From a virus, in IMG/VR virus record IMGVR_UViG_3300037258_000514, positions 1-64,000 of that record: a DNA stretch of 64,000 nucleotides; one strand, 5' to 3'. Shown piece by piece: positions 40,261 to 47,810 of this stretch. Position 1 is the first letter of the stretch; every line of letters begins with the position of its first letter. The notes beneath the pieces were generated by a model. That model was not told the origin of the DNA and ran no database searches. It worked only from the letters and a program-made list of their open reading frames with translations. Both the position numbers and the translations under genes were made by a program.

Positions 40261-40291
40261 AACCGGACAGCTAAATACTGTCCGGTTTTTT
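40261..40291 (+). terminator. Rho-independent terminator
   Basis: AACCGGACAG-ctaaata-CTGTCCGGTT followed by T run. Confidence 0.85.
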
Positions 40292-40302
40292 ATCTTCTCA
40301 TC

Positions 40303-40740
40303 ATGCTAACAAACGTAGCAGCAGAGCGGCAAAAGAAGACACGATCCGACAGATTAGCTCGTGTAAAAGATCTTCTTCTAACGGGAGCTTCTAACGCTGT
40401 TATTTCAGAAGAACTACATGCAACTGAAAGAACAGTTAAAGCTTACATGCACTCTTTATTTACAATATACAATATCACAGGTAAATGCAAAAGAGTAAAG
40501 TTAGCCGTAAGATTAATTGACGATGTAGAAAAAGAACAGACAAATTTAAATATGACAAAGCTAGAGAAACTAATAATAAATCTTGTTGTAGAAGGAAAAA
40601 TTAATCGACAGATTAGCGAAGAACTCCATTTATCAGAAAATATGGTAAAAAATTATCTCCGCACTATATATGATAAAACAGGAATGGGTTGCAGAACAGA
40701 GTTAGCACTCTGGGCAAAATCAAAAAGTTTCGTTGCTTAG
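40303..40740 (+). CDS. Tandem LuxR-type HTH regulator
   Basis: G.SN..IS.EL...E.TVK.Y...LF and G..N.QIS.EL.LSE.MVKNYL..IY.K.G...R.EL. Confidence 0.85.
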   Translation: MLTNVAAERQKKTRSDRLARVKDLLLTGASNAVISEELHATERTVKAYMHSLFTIYNITGKCKRVKLAVRLIDDVEKEQTNLNMTKLEKLIINLVVEGKINRQISEELHLSENMVKNYLRTIYDKTGMGCRTELALWAKSKSFVA

Positions 40741-40756
40741 GGAGGCAACGCTTGAA

Positions 40757-40802
40757 GGGCTACAAACTGCTCCTGGAAGGGTTTGTAGCCCATTTTTATT
40801 TT
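40757..40802 (+). terminator. Rho-independent terminator
   Basis: GGGCTACAAAC...GTTTGTAGCCC 11-bp stem then ATTTTTATTTT. Confidence 0.75.
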
Positions 40803-40812
40803 AAAGAAAAGC

Positions 40813-40842
40813 TTGACATTGGACCCTCAATTTTTATATTAT
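40813..40842 (+). promoter_or_regulatory. Sigma70-like promoter
   Basis: TTGACA (40813) with TATATT (16-bp spacer) or TATTAT (18-bp spacer). Confidence 0.7.
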
Positions 40843-40848
40843 TACGCT

Positions 40849-40857
40849 ATGACATAG
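40849..40857 (+). other. Two-codon minigene ATG-ACA-TAG in frame with the Pth ORF
   Basis: ATG ACA TAG ATG at 40849-40860, at the predicted transcription start. Confidence 0.6.
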
Positions 40858-41328
40858 ATGAATCAGAACGCCCCGAATCCTGCCGATAAATACGTGTATC
40901 TCTTCGTCCGCCAAGATCTACCAATTCAACACCAAATTGTTCAATCCAATCACGCCACTCATATGATGGCTTCGATTCGCCCGGAAGAGTGCGTGCCCAA
41001 TATCGTACTTATTGGTGTGCCCGACTTAAACGCTCTTCTTCGTGTGGCGCAGAAGCTTAGAGCTAATCAAATTCCTCACTACGAGTGGGTCGAACCAGAT
41101 TTTGATTTAGGTTTTACTTCAATTGCTACTGCTCCGATTACTGGAGAGAAGCGTCAAGTTTTGAAGAACTATAGACTTTATTCCCCTGGAACCGTTGCGG
41201 TAAACGGCGTCGCTTGTATAGACCAGCCAATCCGCGCAGCTTGTCTCTTAACTGAGGACAGGGGAGCCAGTGCCCGAGTAGCTCAACAGCAAGAGCAGCC
41301 CGGTCTAAACGGGATGGCTGAAGGTTAA
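40858..41328 (+). CDS. Peptidyl-tRNA hydrolase (Pth2-like phage family); C-terminal tail overlaps tRNA-like genes
   Basis: YLFVRQDL...QIVQSNHA, IVLIGV, W.EPD...GFTSIATAP, LKNYRL. Confidence 0.75.
   Translation: MNQNAPNPADKYVYLFVRQDLPIQHQIVQSNHATHMMASIRPEECVPNIVLIGVPDLNALLRVAQKLRANQIPHYEWVEPDFDLGFTSIATAPITGEKRQVLKNYRLYSPGTVAVNGVACIDQPIRAACLLTEDRGASARVAQQQEQPGLNGMAEG
41182..41269 (+). ncRNA. Degenerate tRNA-like element inside the Pth ORF
   Basis: Perfect 7-bp TCCCCTG/CAGGGGA + G + CCA; D-like hairpin CCGTT-GCGGTA-AACGG; weak anticodon and T arms. Confidence 0.45.
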
Positions 41329-41347
41329 AGTCCTTCCTTGGGCACCA
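41272..41347 (+). tRNA. tRNA with CUA anticodon (amber suppressor-like)
   Basis: 76 nt; GCCCGAG/CTTGGGC, GCTC/GAGC, CCCG/CGGG, loop GT-CTA-AA, GAAGG-TTAAAGT-CCTTC, ACCA end. Confidence 0.75.
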
Positions 41348-41350
41348 TAT

Positions 41351-41400
41351 AGGGCGGGCTAGCGCGCTAGCTAGGGGCTTCAGTGCCTCCCGCCCTACCA
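41351..41400 (+). ncRNA. 50-nt mini-tRNA-like RNA
   Basis: AGGGCGG/CCGCCCT + ACCA; hairpin GCTAG-CGCG-CTAGC; T-like arm GGGGC-TTCAGT-GCCTC. Confidence 0.55.
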
Positions 41401-41405
41401 GATAT

Positions 41406-41486
41406 GCCGCTGTAGCTCAGATGGGCTGTATCCAGAGCAGCTTCCTTTTAGGGAGCAGGTCGGTGGTTCGATTCCATCCAGCGGCT
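41406..41486 (+). tRNA. tRNA-Lys(UUU)-like with enlarged D-loop, no encoded CCA
   Basis: GCCGCTG/CAGCGGC, GCTC/GAGC, GCTTC-CTTTTAG-GGAGC, GGTGG-TTCGATT-CCATC. Confidence 0.75.
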
Positions 41487-41502
41487 CTCTTTAAAATCGT
41501 GC

Positions 41503-41530
41503 GTCGGTTCGAACCCGACATGGCGCTCCA
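41503..41530 (+). other. Orphan tRNA 3' half (T arm + 3' acceptor strand + CCA)
   Basis: GTCGG-TTCGAAC-CCGAC-ATGGCGC-T-CCA with no adjacent GCGCCAT 5' strand. Confidence 0.65.
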
Positions 41531-41567
41531 CTTCTTAACTACACCGTGTTTAAGACATATCCACTCA

Positions 41568-42974
41568 TCATCCATTTTCACTCCCTTGCTGCAGTTGATT
41601 TGCCAGTTCCATTGTCATCGCAGTAGAATCCAAACAAAACTGTCCTATCCTGTAGTTCTGTGAAATTAGTGCTGTAAATCCATCCTCTGAATCTCTTCCA
41701 GCAGCAGCGTAAATTCTAGCTAACCCCAAACGCTTTTCCTCAGGAGTTTGACTATACGTTATAACGTTATCCGCTGTACCTATTTTCGACCAATCTTCTG
41801 CAATATGTTTCTTTCCCACAAGATTAGCTTCGTCAGACTCTTTATTACCTTGACTAGCTGTTACAAGTGCTTTATCTCTACTAACAGCAATTCCTCTAAG
41901 TTCCTTGTAGAGTCTACCTGTATCAATACGAAGAATCGAAGAATCAATCCTCATTAAATCCGCATAGTCAACGATGATGATATCTGGATCAAAGGGAATC
42001 TCATGTCCGGCGCCACGCTTAAGAGAATCAAGATACAAGCATAACTGCTCAGTTGATAACATCCCGGGCGGATATTCCTTTATTAGAAATGGAGGAAAAC
42101 TATTTGCCATTGCTAGTAACTTACGACTAACTTCTTTTCTCTTTGCAATGACAGAGTCTCTAATAATATCACGAAAACTAAGTACAACTCCACCTTCCCC
42201 GTCTCTTTGAAAGTAGGGAGTACGTACTTCTTGCGCCTCGTCTTTTGTTAAACTAAACAAAGCTTGAATATAACGTTTTGCTGTCTTCTCTTCGCTTAAT
42301 TCAAGTGTTAGATGAAGTACTTTATGATGATGTTGTATCGCTGCTTTTCCCACGTCTGTTAGCCACCAAGACTTTCCCCTCTTAGCAGCCGCGATGATAA
42401 ACATTAGTGTCTTACGTTCAGGTCTGATCCCCTTTCTATCAAATACTTCTATTCCTGATGAGAAAAATTCATGTTCTTCATTCTTATCCAGAAATCTAAA
42501 TGCTTGTCCAGGATCGAATAACTGTATCCCTTTAGATCCTTCTGTTTGTATTGATACTTGTTTGTAGAGAGCTTCTTTTGCTTGTTCGAGCTCGCCTTGA
42601 TCAACTAAATCTGTTGCTGTTTCAAGTGTTTTCTGTAGCTGCTGAATAGCGATGAAGTGATCGAGTTGTTCAATAATAAACTGCGGTTGGATTAATATGG
42701 ATTGCTTACGAAGTAAATCTATCTCTTGTTTTAAAACACGTCCTTCATCTCCGCGACGAAGTTCGCTCTCGAGTAAATACTCCAACTGCATACCGGGGGC
42801 GATGGAATACTTTTCGATATATGCAAGCGATGTCTTTGCTATATCTTGTGTTTGTTTGTTTGTAAAAAGAGAATTATCGCGTATTCTTAATGCAACCGTA
42901 GCTGCGTGTTCTGCACTAAATGCCAAAAGGCAGAGTACTGCTTCTTCGAGAGCAGCATTAGATATTTTGGTCAT
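41568..42974 (-). CDS. dnaB: DnaB-like replicative helicase
   Basis: AAAKRGKS, HLTLELS, IIVDYADL, TASQGN, IAED. Confidence 0.85.
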   Translation of the reverse strand: MTKISNAALEEAVLCLLAFSAEHAATVALRIRDNSLFTNKQTQDIAKTSLAYIEKYSIAPGMQLEYLLESELRRGDEGRVLKQEIDLLRKQSILIQPQFIIEQLDHFIAIQQLQKTLETATDLVDQGELEQAKEALYKQVSIQTEGSKGIQLFDPGQAFRFLDKNEEHEFFSSGIEVFDRKGIRPERKTLMFIIAAAKRGKSWWLTDVGKAAIQHHHKVLHLTLELSEEKTAKRYIQALFSLTKDEAQEVRTPYFQRDGEGGVVLSFRDIIRDSVIAKRKEVSRKLLAMANSFPPFLIKEYPPGMLSTEQLCLYLDSLKRGAGHEIPFDPDIIIVDYADLMRIDSSILRIDTGRLYKELRGIAVSRDKALVTASQGNKESDEANLVGKKHIAEDWSKIGTADNVITYSQTPEEKRLGLARIYAAAGRDSEDGFTALISQNYRIGQFCLDSTAMTMELANQLQQGSENG

Positions 42975-42977
42975 TTA

Positions 42978-43175
42978 CTATCGAGCGGCGAGAATTGCTT
43001 TCTTAACTTCGCTTACAGGAACTGCTCCTGTTGCATTCTTCTGTTCAAGCATTAACTTAAAAAAGACTGAGAAGTTTTGATTTAATTCCGCGATCTGGGC
43101 TGTCGTCTCAACACGAAGTGCAGCTTCCATACTGTTTAGTGATTTAAACTGATTTCTAATTTCGTTAGATGTCAT
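42978..43175 (-). CDS. Small hypothetical protein
   Basis: Coupled to neighbours; SD AAGGAG. Confidence 0.55.
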   Translation of the reverse strand: MTSNEIRNQFKSLNSMEAALRVETTAQIAELNQNFSVFFKLMLEQKNATGAVPVSEVKKAILAAR

Positions 43176-44326
43176 TCTAGCTCCTTTGGTAAAACTAATA
43201 GCCCACTGTTTGTATAAACTAAGGAATACATTGTAGTTGATGTTAGTTCAAATGTTGCAGAGCACTTTCTTGTTTCCTCAACACAACATTTTACTAAGTG
43301 CACTCCTGTTCCTGTAAGTTGTTTTGGACCGACATGCTCAACAAGAAATTTAGCGATATTTTCAGCTGTAGGATTAAATGGAGTAATTACAACAGTTTTA
43401 TCAAGAGCCTTAAATGTTTTACTCCAAGGATCTTTCTTCCATATTAAAAATCTATGATCCCAGTTTGTTTCTAGCCATTGGCATAGAAGTGTGTTAATTA
43501 CTCCAAAATCAATTACTCTTCCTATTGAATCTAGAGAAGAAGCAACGCATGTAAAGTGTATTCTATAATTATGTCCATGAGCGTGGGAGCAAGCCCCTTC
43601 GTGTCCATATACTCTATGACCTGAAGAGAAATCGTGATAACGAGTAGCTGTAATTAAACTGTTATGAATTTTCTTAGCTATCCATAAGGGAATATCATGC
43701 TCCCAAAGTATTTCGACTTCCCATCCCTTTGCTTTGATAAAGCTAAGTCTTTGTTTTTCGTATGAAATACTTTTCTCTAAAACTTGTTTATCTACAATTT
43801 TATCAAATCCACATATCGAGCAGTTATGCCAAAAACATCCATTAACTTCGAGAATTTTCTTCTCATTTAGTGAGGCAAAATCTACTTGGTATCTTCCGAT
43901 ATGATATTGCCTTTTCCATCCCTGAAGATATTTCGCAACTAAATCTTCTACTTTTGATGTTTTTCTTCTGCCAACTTCAGGAGAATGAAAAATCCAATGT
44001 GCACCATTTTTTAGTGCTGTTGAAATCTTCTTAGCTATTTCAGGATCTTTAGCTATATTCTTCTCGCCATGCTGATATCCTACTTTAGGCATAGAAGTTC
44101 CGTAAATACCTAAGTATGTTTTTCCTTTTGTTCCGTGTCCTTGTTTATAAACAGGTCCGGATTTTACTTCGTGCGACAATCTTATAATTTTTGTTCCGCA
44201 TCCACAGGAACATTCTACTTCTATGGGTGTTAAGCATAAATTGCATATAAACGATTTAATATCGTTAGCTAGAAAACGGTCCTCGCAGTATTTGCAACTA
44301 CGCTCTTTCGGTGTAGTTAAACGCAT
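43172..44326 (-). CDS. queD: 6-carboxytetrahydropterin synthase QueD fused to an N-terminal Vsr/DUF559-like endonuclease
   Basis: C-terminus GHRV.GHEG.C...HGHNY, IDFG, WDH, NPTAEN, EET; N-terminus CSCGCG, YQVDF, EVNGCFWH, ILWEHD. Confidence 0.85.
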   Translation of the reverse strand: MRLTTPKERSCKYCEDRFLANDIKSFICNLCLTPIEVECSCGCGTKIIRLSHEVKSGPVYKQGHGTKGKTYLGIYGTSMPKVGYQHGEKNIAKDPEIAKKISTALKNGAHWIFHSPEVGRRKTSKVEDLVAKYLQGWKRQYHIGRYQVDFASLNEKKILEVNGCFWHNCSICGFDKIVDKQVLEKSISYEKQRLSFIKAKGWEVEILWEHDIPLWIAKKIHNSLITATRYHDFSSGHRVYGHEGACSHAHGHNYRIHFTCVASSLDSIGRVIDFGVINTLLCQWLETNWDHRFLIWKKDPWSKTFKALDKTVVITPFNPTAENIAKFLVEHVGPKQLTGTGVHLVKCCVEETRKCSATFELTSTTMYSLVYTNSGLLVLPKELE

Positions 44327-44336
44327 AAATCGTTTC

Positions 44337-44588
44337 TCACTTCTTGTCCCTCACTAACTGCGCTTTCTTTTTTGCTCTGTTGATTCTTCTATGTCTTGCT
44401 GAATGACAGGCTCTGCATCTCGGTTGTACTTTCCACCACCATCTATAGCCGCTATAATGATCGTACTCACAAGGACCCCCACCACAATCCACGCAAGGCA
44501 GATAAAAGGGTGGATCAATAGTACCTTTGCGTATAGCGCGGTAAATGCGACAGTGACAGCGATGAGCCACTTTGTTCTTCGTTGCCAT
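44337..44588 (-). CDS. Small HNH-like zinc-binding protein
   Basis: RAIRKG, CVDCG, DHYSGY, CRACH. Confidence 0.6.
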   Translation of the reverse strand: MATKNKVAHRCHCRIYRAIRKGTIDPPFYLPCVDCGGGPCEYDHYSGYRWWWKVQPRCRACHSARHRRINRAKKKAQLVRDKK

Positions 44589-44589
44589 T

Positions 44590-44748
44590 TCATTTAGATT
44601 TTGCCTGGTCGTCTGCTATTTTTGTCGCTGCCGCAATTCGGGCAAGTTCAGCAAACATAGAACTACCTTTAATTGTTTGTGAAATTCTTCTTCTTCGAGC
44701 TTTAGATTTACCTCTATTGGCATTATACTTCTTATTAATCGCCATCAT
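44590..44748 (-). CDS. 52-aa basic protein not in ORF track (MMAINKKYNANRGKSKARRRR...)
   Basis: Fills gap between sbcC and HNH-like gene. Confidence 0.5.
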   Translation of the reverse strand: MMAINKKYNANRGKSKARRRRISQTIKGSSMFAELARIAAATKIADDQAKSK

Positions 44749-46828
44749 GCTCACTTACCTTATAAATTTTACTTCCTGTTGTTTCTTTTACTACAGTCCA
44801 TATTTCCTTAAAACCACTGAACGCTAATGCTCTGTGATCTACGATCCAGATTTGTTTATCATTTGCTTCTGCTCGATACTGAAGTGATTGTAATAAATCT
44901 TCAATACCTTCTGATGATAACCATGATGATGGTTCATCCCACACTTCAAATGTAAATCTAACTCCTGCTGCTCTATGTATTAAACTAGCTAATCCCATAG
45001 CAATAGCAAGGCGAAGGCGCTGTGTTTCTCCCCCTGACCATACATCCCAAGTACCTTGTGCCGTAGGAGAACTAATATGTATTTGTACACCTAACTTGAT
45101 CGTAGCTGATTTTGTTTCGGTTTCAGTGGCGAGTGCCACACTCCAGCCTGTCAACCCTAGCGCACTTATTGCAGACTGAATTTCGAGTTGTAACACAGCA
45201 AGTACCTGCTGAACGAAATAAAGCCGAATGCGTTTAAAACCATGCTTCCAATATTCGGCGGCGATAACTTGTGATTCTATTAATTTATACTCAGTTTCTT
45301 GAGCTACCAGCAGTGTGAGTAAACGTGATCTTTCTTCTTTAACTCTTTCAAGTTTTTTTATGAAAGGATTTTCTTCGATACTAACTGCTGCCATCTGTAT
45401 GGCGTAAGGATCTTTCTTATTCTTAACATCTACAATTTGCTTTGTAAATGGATTGTTTTCGTTTTCGAGCACTGCAAGTTGTTTTATGTAAGGATCGTTA
45501 TCGTGTGCGCGAACGAGCGCCGAAGCGTCTTTCTCAATCTGTCGAATCTGATCTTTTAGGCTTTTTACCTCCTTCTCAAGTATTTGCTTCTTACCATTAT
45601 GTTGAGAATTTGTTACGATGCAACCCTGAATCTGTAAGTTAAAGTCTATAATTTCTTTAGATTTAACTTCTACAACAGCCTGCGCTTTATCACGAGTGTC
45701 TTCGAGAGTTTTCTTTATCTTGCCAACACACTCAAGTTCGTGCTTCTTCTTATCATGTTCGATCTTCTGAAAGCACGTAGGGCACGTTTCTTGTGTCCAG
45801 AGGGAGGCTGCCGTATCACAACTCGCTATATCGTATGTTGTCTTATATAAGATTGCTGTCTGTTCTTTATTTATCTTTTCAAATTCTTTTACAAGGAGTT
45901 GCATTTGTTGAATGTGTCCCTGTAAAGGATTACTTACAAAGTTCTCATACTCAAACTCTAACGGTGCAAGACGTGTTTCAAGATCTTCTATCTGCTGAAG
46001 TTTATCTTCAGCTTCTGTCATTTTGGATTGTTTCCACTCAGCGATACTTTCTGTAAGATGAATGATCTGCTCTTGTTGCTTTCCCAACCAGTTTATAGCT
46101 TGACTTTCAAGTAGGGTTACTTGACGTACTTTTTCATCAGCCCAATCACGTGATTGTTTATCTAGTGACGCAAGCCGCAAGTCTCTTTCAAGATTCCAAG
46201 TTTGTATATCAGCTGATAAGGTTTCTTCAGTAGCTAATGAGTTTAAACTGCCGTTAGTAAAAGCCCGTGCTGTTTTCTTTTGTTCCAAAACTTTTTCAAG
46301 ACTGGATTGCTTGCTACTTGCAGCTTCAGTTGCTTTCTGCCAGACGCTTAGTGAGAGTACTTCGTCAAGTAGAGCGCCACGTTCCGACGTATCTTTATCC
46401 GGAAATAATTCGACACCTTGTCCGAAGATAACAGAATTAAGAAAACGAAGTTTAGATAAGCAGAAAAGTTGATCTACTTCATTTTGTGTTACGATCACGT
46501 CGTTTATTTCGACCTTCATTGGAGGACCGTAACGTTTTACTTTGTATAGGGTTTCATCTATAAACACATGAAATTCTACTTCTGTAGTTTCCTGTCCCCA
46601 ACTTATTACAGAAGATGTTCGTGCACCTTTTATGCTAGTGCCTGTTACACACCAACAAACAGCATCCCAAAATGAACTTTTACCAGCTCCATTAGCTCCG
46701 AGTCGTAGATCTACCTTATTATTGCCTGATAGAAGTTTTAATCCATTTGTATCAGGAAACACAACTGTTTCACTAGAGAACGAACGAAAGTTCTTAATCG
46801 TTACGCGTTGTGGTTTAATAGTCTTCAT
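44735..46828 (-). CDS. sbcC: SbcC/Rad50-like ATPase (gp46-like)
   Basis: IKNFRSF, NGAGKSS, coiled coil with CPTC zinc hook, WSGGE, VWDEP, DH. Confidence 0.92.
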   Translation of the reverse strand: MKTIKPQRVTIKNFRSFSSETVVFPDTNGLKLLSGNNKVDLRLGANGAGKSSFWDAVCWCVTGTSIKGARTSSVISWGQETTEVEFHVFIDETLYKVKRYGPPMKVEINDVIVTQNEVDQLFCLSKLRFLNSVIFGQGVELFPDKDTSERGALLDEVLSLSVWQKATEAASSKQSSLEKVLEQKKTARAFTNGSLNSLATEETLSADIQTWNLERDLRLASLDKQSRDWADEKVRQVTLLESQAINWLGKQQEQIIHLTESIAEWKQSKMTEAEDKLQQIEDLETRLAPLEFEYENFVSNPLQGHIQQMQLLVKEFEKINKEQTAILYKTTYDIASCDTAASLWTQETCPTCFQKIEHDKKKHELECVGKIKKTLEDTRDKAQAVVEVKSKEIIDFNLQIQGCIVTNSQHNGKKQILEKEVKSLKDQIRQIEKDASALVRAHDNDPYIKQLAVLENENNPFTKQIVDVKNKKDPYAIQMAAVSIEENPFIKKLERVKEERSRLLTLLVAQETEYKLIESQVIAAEYWKHGFKRIRLYFVQQVLAVLQLEIQSAISALGLTGWSVALATETETKSATIKLGVQIHISSPTAQGTWDVWSGGETQRLRLAIAMGLASLIHRAAGVRFTFEVWDEPSSWLSSEGIEDLLQSLQYRAEANDKQIWIVDHRALAFSGFKEIWTVVKETTGSKIYKVSEHDGD

Positions 46829-46888
46829 CTAATCTACATCATTTCGTCATCATAGCCTAAGAGACACGCCATAGCAAAACGATCAAGC

Positions 46889-46918
46889 AAACGCTAAGCA
46901 ACCAATGGCAATTAGCAG
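46889..46918 (-). promoter_or_regulatory. Conserved intergenic motif, copy 2 (shorter)
   Basis: Reverse complement CTGCTAATTGCCATTGGTTGCTTAGCGTTT, same spacing as copies 1 and 3. Confidence 0.55.
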
Positions 46919-46924
46919 AGTAAA

Positions 46925-47215
46925 TTAGTCTTCGAGGCGGACAGCGCGCTCGATATTTGTTTCGATTCTGGCTACAGGCACAGGGGGCGGTGGAGGAGGG
47001 GCAGCTTGAGGAATAGGACCATTGTAAATAAAGATTCTATCGCCGCTGCCATTATCCTGCCAGTTCAAAAATCCGTGTGTTGTTTCTATTCTGCCCATTG
47101 TATTATTCCAAACAACGGGCACACCTTTTTCTTGTAGAATGGGAATAAGAGCTTGATCTCCTGGAAGCGCCCTAAGGCGAGAATAACTAATCGTGACTTT
47201 AATTTCATTCCCCAT
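46925..47215 (-). CDS. Hypothetical protein ending RAVRLED
   Basis: ORF with poly-Pro linker before C-terminal motif. Confidence 0.65.
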   Translation of the reverse strand: MGNEIKVTISYSRLRALPGDQALIPILQEKGVPVVWNNTMGRIETTHGFLNWQDNGSGDRIFIYNGPIPQAAPPPPPPVPVARIETNIERAVRLED

Positions 47216-47216
47216 C

Positions 47217-47810
47217 TTAGTCTTCTAATCTAATCTCTCTATCTTCTTCTACTGTTACGTGAATCGCATTTTTTGCTTTTGCTGCATGTGCAAGGTGTTG
47301 CCTAGCTATAAGAAGTTCTGTTTCAAGTTCGCGCTTTTCCTTAAGTAATGCTGTATAAGAATTTGAAGTTCCTACATTCGAAGTAGAATTATCAACTGCA
47401 CCGCTATAATGCGAGGGGTAGGATGTATTTCCAGGAACAAGTCCTCCAGACGCTCCAATTTCTACGATTTCACTATCTGGAGGAATATATGCGTAATTAG
47501 AAAAGTTAGGACTAGCACTTGTACAGTTAACATTTGTGGTAAAAGATACTGCTGTTTCTTTGGCATTTTTAATTGCTGATGACAATTGCTTAATCTTTTC
47601 TGCTGTTAAGTTAACAGTACCTGTAAGATGTTTGTCAAACGATTCTAAGTCAGCGGCAGTAGCTTTTGATATGTAGGGCGAATTTGAATATGAAGGTCCG
47701 GGAGTAGATTGAGTATTCATACCTGTAAGTTCGCGCGGAACATGCTCTCCGCACTCTATACAAAGGCAAAGACTGCTTCCATCGTCGTAAAATTTATGAG
47801 CGCACTTCAT
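47217..47810 (-). CDS. Hypothetical protein ending REIRLED
   Basis: N-terminal C.H..C..C, low-complexity middle, coiled coil. Confidence 0.65.
   Translation of the reverse strand: MKCAHKFYDDGSSLCLCIECGEHVPRELTGMNTQSTPGPSYSNSPYISKATAADLESFDKHLTGTVNLTAEKIKQLSSAIKNAKETAVSFTTNVNCTSASPNFSNYAYIPPDSEIVEIGASGGLVPGNTSYPSHYSGAVDNSTSNVGTSNSYTALLKEKRELETELLIARQHLAHAAKAKNAIHVTVEEDREIRLED

Noticed and set aside
41272-41347. tRNA-Pyl
   Set aside because: It has a normal 2-nt acceptor-D linker, 8-nt D-loop, 5-nt variable loop and A73 rather than tRNA-Pyl features; no pyl genes in the window
41421-41663. 80-aa ORF across the tRNA region
   Set aside because: Overlaps tRNA-Lys and the helicase end; no SD or protein-like features
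43655-44326. Intein in queD (His-Asn-Ser at the junction)
   Set aside because: No recognisable intein blocks A, B or F and no QueD N-extein; HN-S is probably chance
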